Shown one piece after another: positions 61,351 to 64,000 of a DNA stretch of 64,000 nucleotides; the stretch's first letter is position 1; each line of letters begins with the position of its first letter. The notes below the pieces were generated by a model. It saw only the letters and a list, made by a program, of their open reading frames with translations. It did no database searches and was not told where the DNA came from. Origin of the DNA: Leucoraja erinacea (Eukaryota); the NCBI RefSeq assembly GCF_028641065.1, contig NC_073387.1:47430001-47494000 (forward strand), given 5' to 3'. The position numbers were made by a program, and so were the translations under genes.

Positions 61351-61704
61351 GGATTAAAAGTCTAAACTTGACAACTTCCTGTTTGCACTGTATATTGATT
61401 TTAGATAAAACGCTACCACTTATGGCTGTGATTTTGTCCATCTTACTCAGTCTCCCTCTGCTCATCAGGTGCAGAAGATTCTTCCCATCAATGAAAAATA
61501 AAAGTGTTATTAGTGTTTAAAAAATGCTGAGAATCTCTCTCCTGTCAATCATGCATGAAGGCCACGGAAGTGTGGGTGTGGCTCACTCTGCAAGATGGGG
61601 GAGGGAGAGGTCACGACTCTGAGCTGTGAATCAACTGAACACACTGAATGTCTACTGAACTGTGAGTGTGCTTATGTGATGTTTTGTGTGGTTTTACAGT
61701 GGTT

Positions 61705-62075
61705 TCACCCTGCTTGAAATGGCATGAAACTGCACTTGAATTTGGTGGCCCTGCACCCTGCTTGATGTGGCATGAAACTGCACTTGAATTTGGTGGCCTT
61801 GCACCCTGCATGAAGTAGTATGAAACTGCACTTGAATTTGGTGGCCTTGCACCCTGCTTGAAGTGGTACGAAACTGCACTTGAATTTGGTGGCCTTGCAT
61901 CCTGCTTGAAATGGACCCCGCTTGAAGTGGTATGGAACTGTACTTGAATTGGGTGGCCTTGCACCCTGCTTGAAGTGGTATGAAACTGCACTTGAATTTG
62001 GAGGCCTTGCACCCTGCTTGAAATGGTAGGAAACTGCATTTATATTTGGTGGCCTTGCACCCTGCTTGAAATGGA
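61705..62075. repeat. 48-bp minisatellite inside the Helitron
   Basis: Unit caccctgcttgaagtggtatgaaactgcacttgaatttggtggccttg, ~7 copies. Confidence 0.9.
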
Positions 62076-64000
62076 ATTTCAATGAATAGCCATGAGTCAA
62101 CTGCCAGCCCACCAGCCGTGAGTGAGCTGCCAGCACATCAGGCTTGAGTAACTGAGCTGTCACCCCAAGAATTAATTTGGCCCACAATGTCCATACTAGC
62201 CTTCATGAAACCAGTCCCTTTAGCCCACAACACCCATACTAACGCTCCAGAAAGCCCTCCACTGCCCACCAATATTGGAATTGGTGGAGAGGTGGAATAT
62301 TGTGATGGTGGACCAGCCCTCCCGTGTCATCATGGGACCCAACGGGTCCCACTTAGTCTAGTAATACTCTAAATGCAGTCTCACCAATGCCTTACACAAC
62401 TATAATGTGACCTCCCAACTTCTATACTCAATACTCTGACTGAGAATGGTCAATGTGCCGAAAGCCTTCTTGACCACCCTATCTACCTGCAATGCCACTT
62501 TCATGGTGCTCTGTACCTGCACTCTTAGATCCCTGCTATGCTACACTCCCCAGAGCCTTGACAATTATTGTGTACGTCCTTGCCCTGGTTAGACTTCCCA
62601 AAATGCAACTCCTTGCACTTCTCTATATTTAATTTCATCAACCATTCCTCAGCCCACCAATTGATCACGATCCTTCTGCAATTTTTGACAGCCATCTTCA
62701 CTATCTACACTACCACCCACTTTAGTATCATCTTCAAATTTGCTAACCATGCCTTGTATGTTCAAATCCAAATCATTGCTATAGATGACAAAAGCAATTG
62801 GACCAGCAATGAACCCTGAGGCACACCACTGGTCAAAGGTCTACAGTCCGAAGAACAACCTTCCACCATTACCCTTTGCTTTCTTCCATGATGCCAATTT
62901 TCTCTCCAGTCATCTATCAGTCCTTCGATCCCATGCAATCTAACCTTCCAGAGCAGTCTACCATTTGGAACCTTGTCAAATGCCTTGCTGAAATCAATAT
63001 ATGTTTACAGCTGACCCAACAATTGTTTTGGTCATATCTTCAAAAATCCCAAGATGATTTGTGAGACATGATGTCTCACGTACAAAACCATGCTGTCTAT
63101 CCCCAATTAGCAAGTGTCCATCAAAATGCTTATATCTTATAAATAACGCTCAGAATACTGTCCAGTAACTTTCCAACCACAGATGTTAGACTCACTGGCT
63201 TGTAGTTCCCAGGCTTTTCCCTGCAGCCCATCTTAATTAGAGGCACAACATTTGCGACCCACCAGTCTTCTGGCACCTCAGCCTTATTTAATGACGACTC
63301 GCAAACCTCAACCAGGGTATCTGCAATTTTCACTCAGTATCCTCCGACATATCTGATCTTCCCCACATTTAGACCATTTCTTCTGTGACCTCCCCTATTT
63401 CCCTCTTCCACTCCTACCAACACTCAATTCCCTTCTCACAGCAGCTTCACATGCAACTACATGAGATATAACACCTATCCTTTACTTCCTCCGACTAATC
63501 AGGGATCCAAATTTTCTATCCGAGTGAAACAGTAACTCTCTTGTGCCTCTATCAACTTTGTGAACTGATTTTGTGCAAAACATATTTGTTCAATCTGCAA
63601 TGACAACCATGAGCCTCCAAGTTAATTCTCCATCTCACCTTTGGTCTCCCACACTGTCCTAAAAAAGCCCCACCTAGGCTCAAAGGACAAGCTGCAAGAG
63701 AAGTAAATATTGGGTAATATTGTCAGATCAAAAAGCAAACTGCCAGAGGAACTCAGCGGATTAGACAGCATTTGTGGATGGAAATTGAAAGTCTGATTCA
63801 GAGAAAAGCCCTCAACCCCCAACATTAACAGTCTATTTCCCTCCACAGATGCTGCCTGGTTTGTTTTTGCTTTAGATTCTAGCATCTGAAGTATTTTGTG
63901 TCTCTATTATGTTCCTATATAATTTTATTAATAAAGCTTTGTTCCTTTACTCCAGTCCCTTCATTATAAGGATCACACATCATTTGTTTTCTTAATAGGT

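Larger units (their letters stand above)
60779..62361 (+). mobile_element. Non-autonomous Helitron
   Basis: Inserted between A (60778) and T (62362) with no target duplication; 5' TC; 3' hairpin tgggaccc-aac-gggtccca (62333-62351) followed by CTAG (62358-62361); internal minisatellites. Confidence 0.82.
60305..63345 (-). mobile_element. Old CR1 LINE split by a Helitron
   Basis: 3' end at 60305-60778 (ORF 60348-60602); resumes at 62362; ORF 63130-63333 reads VPEDW.VANVVPL.K.G.REKPGNYKPVSLTSVVGKLL. Confidence 0.78.

Noticed and set aside
61611-62187. ORFs with a repeating 16-aa unit
   Set aside because: Translation of the 48-bp minisatellite inside the Helitron; no splice or start evidence.

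Overview
Eukaryotic (vertebrate) genomic DNA, most likely from a cartilaginous fish such as a skate or ray (inferred from the glucocorticoid-receptor sequence and the HE1/V-SINE, CR1 and Penelope repeats). Two genes converge tail-to-tail. On the + strand are the last exons of ARHGAP26/GRAF1 (Pro/Ser-rich linker and SH3 domain; stop at 26592-26594). On the - strand are the five hinge/ligand-binding-domain exons of NR3C1 (stop at 47236-47238), followed by a ~5 kb 3'UTR. The rest is a dense, nested transposon landscape: CR1 and Rex/Babar LINEs, V-SINEs, Penelope-like elements, an IR/DR Tc1, Harbinger-type MITEs, hAT remnants, a pogo/Tigger-like element and a non-autonomous Helitron. The most notable signals are: (1) a family of short Penelope-derived insertions carrying a minimal hammerhead-ribozyme-like core; (2) GC-rich non-coding retroelements with covarying 3' stem-loops shared with Rex/Babar LINEs; (3) ancestral-state residues in the GR ligand pocket; (4) miR-124 seed sites in the GR 3'UTR; (5) a 33-nt ARHGAP26 microexon. 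There is one assembly gap (15456-15627). Repeat-family names and comparisons with human sequence come from recall, not database searches, and repeat boundaries are approximate.
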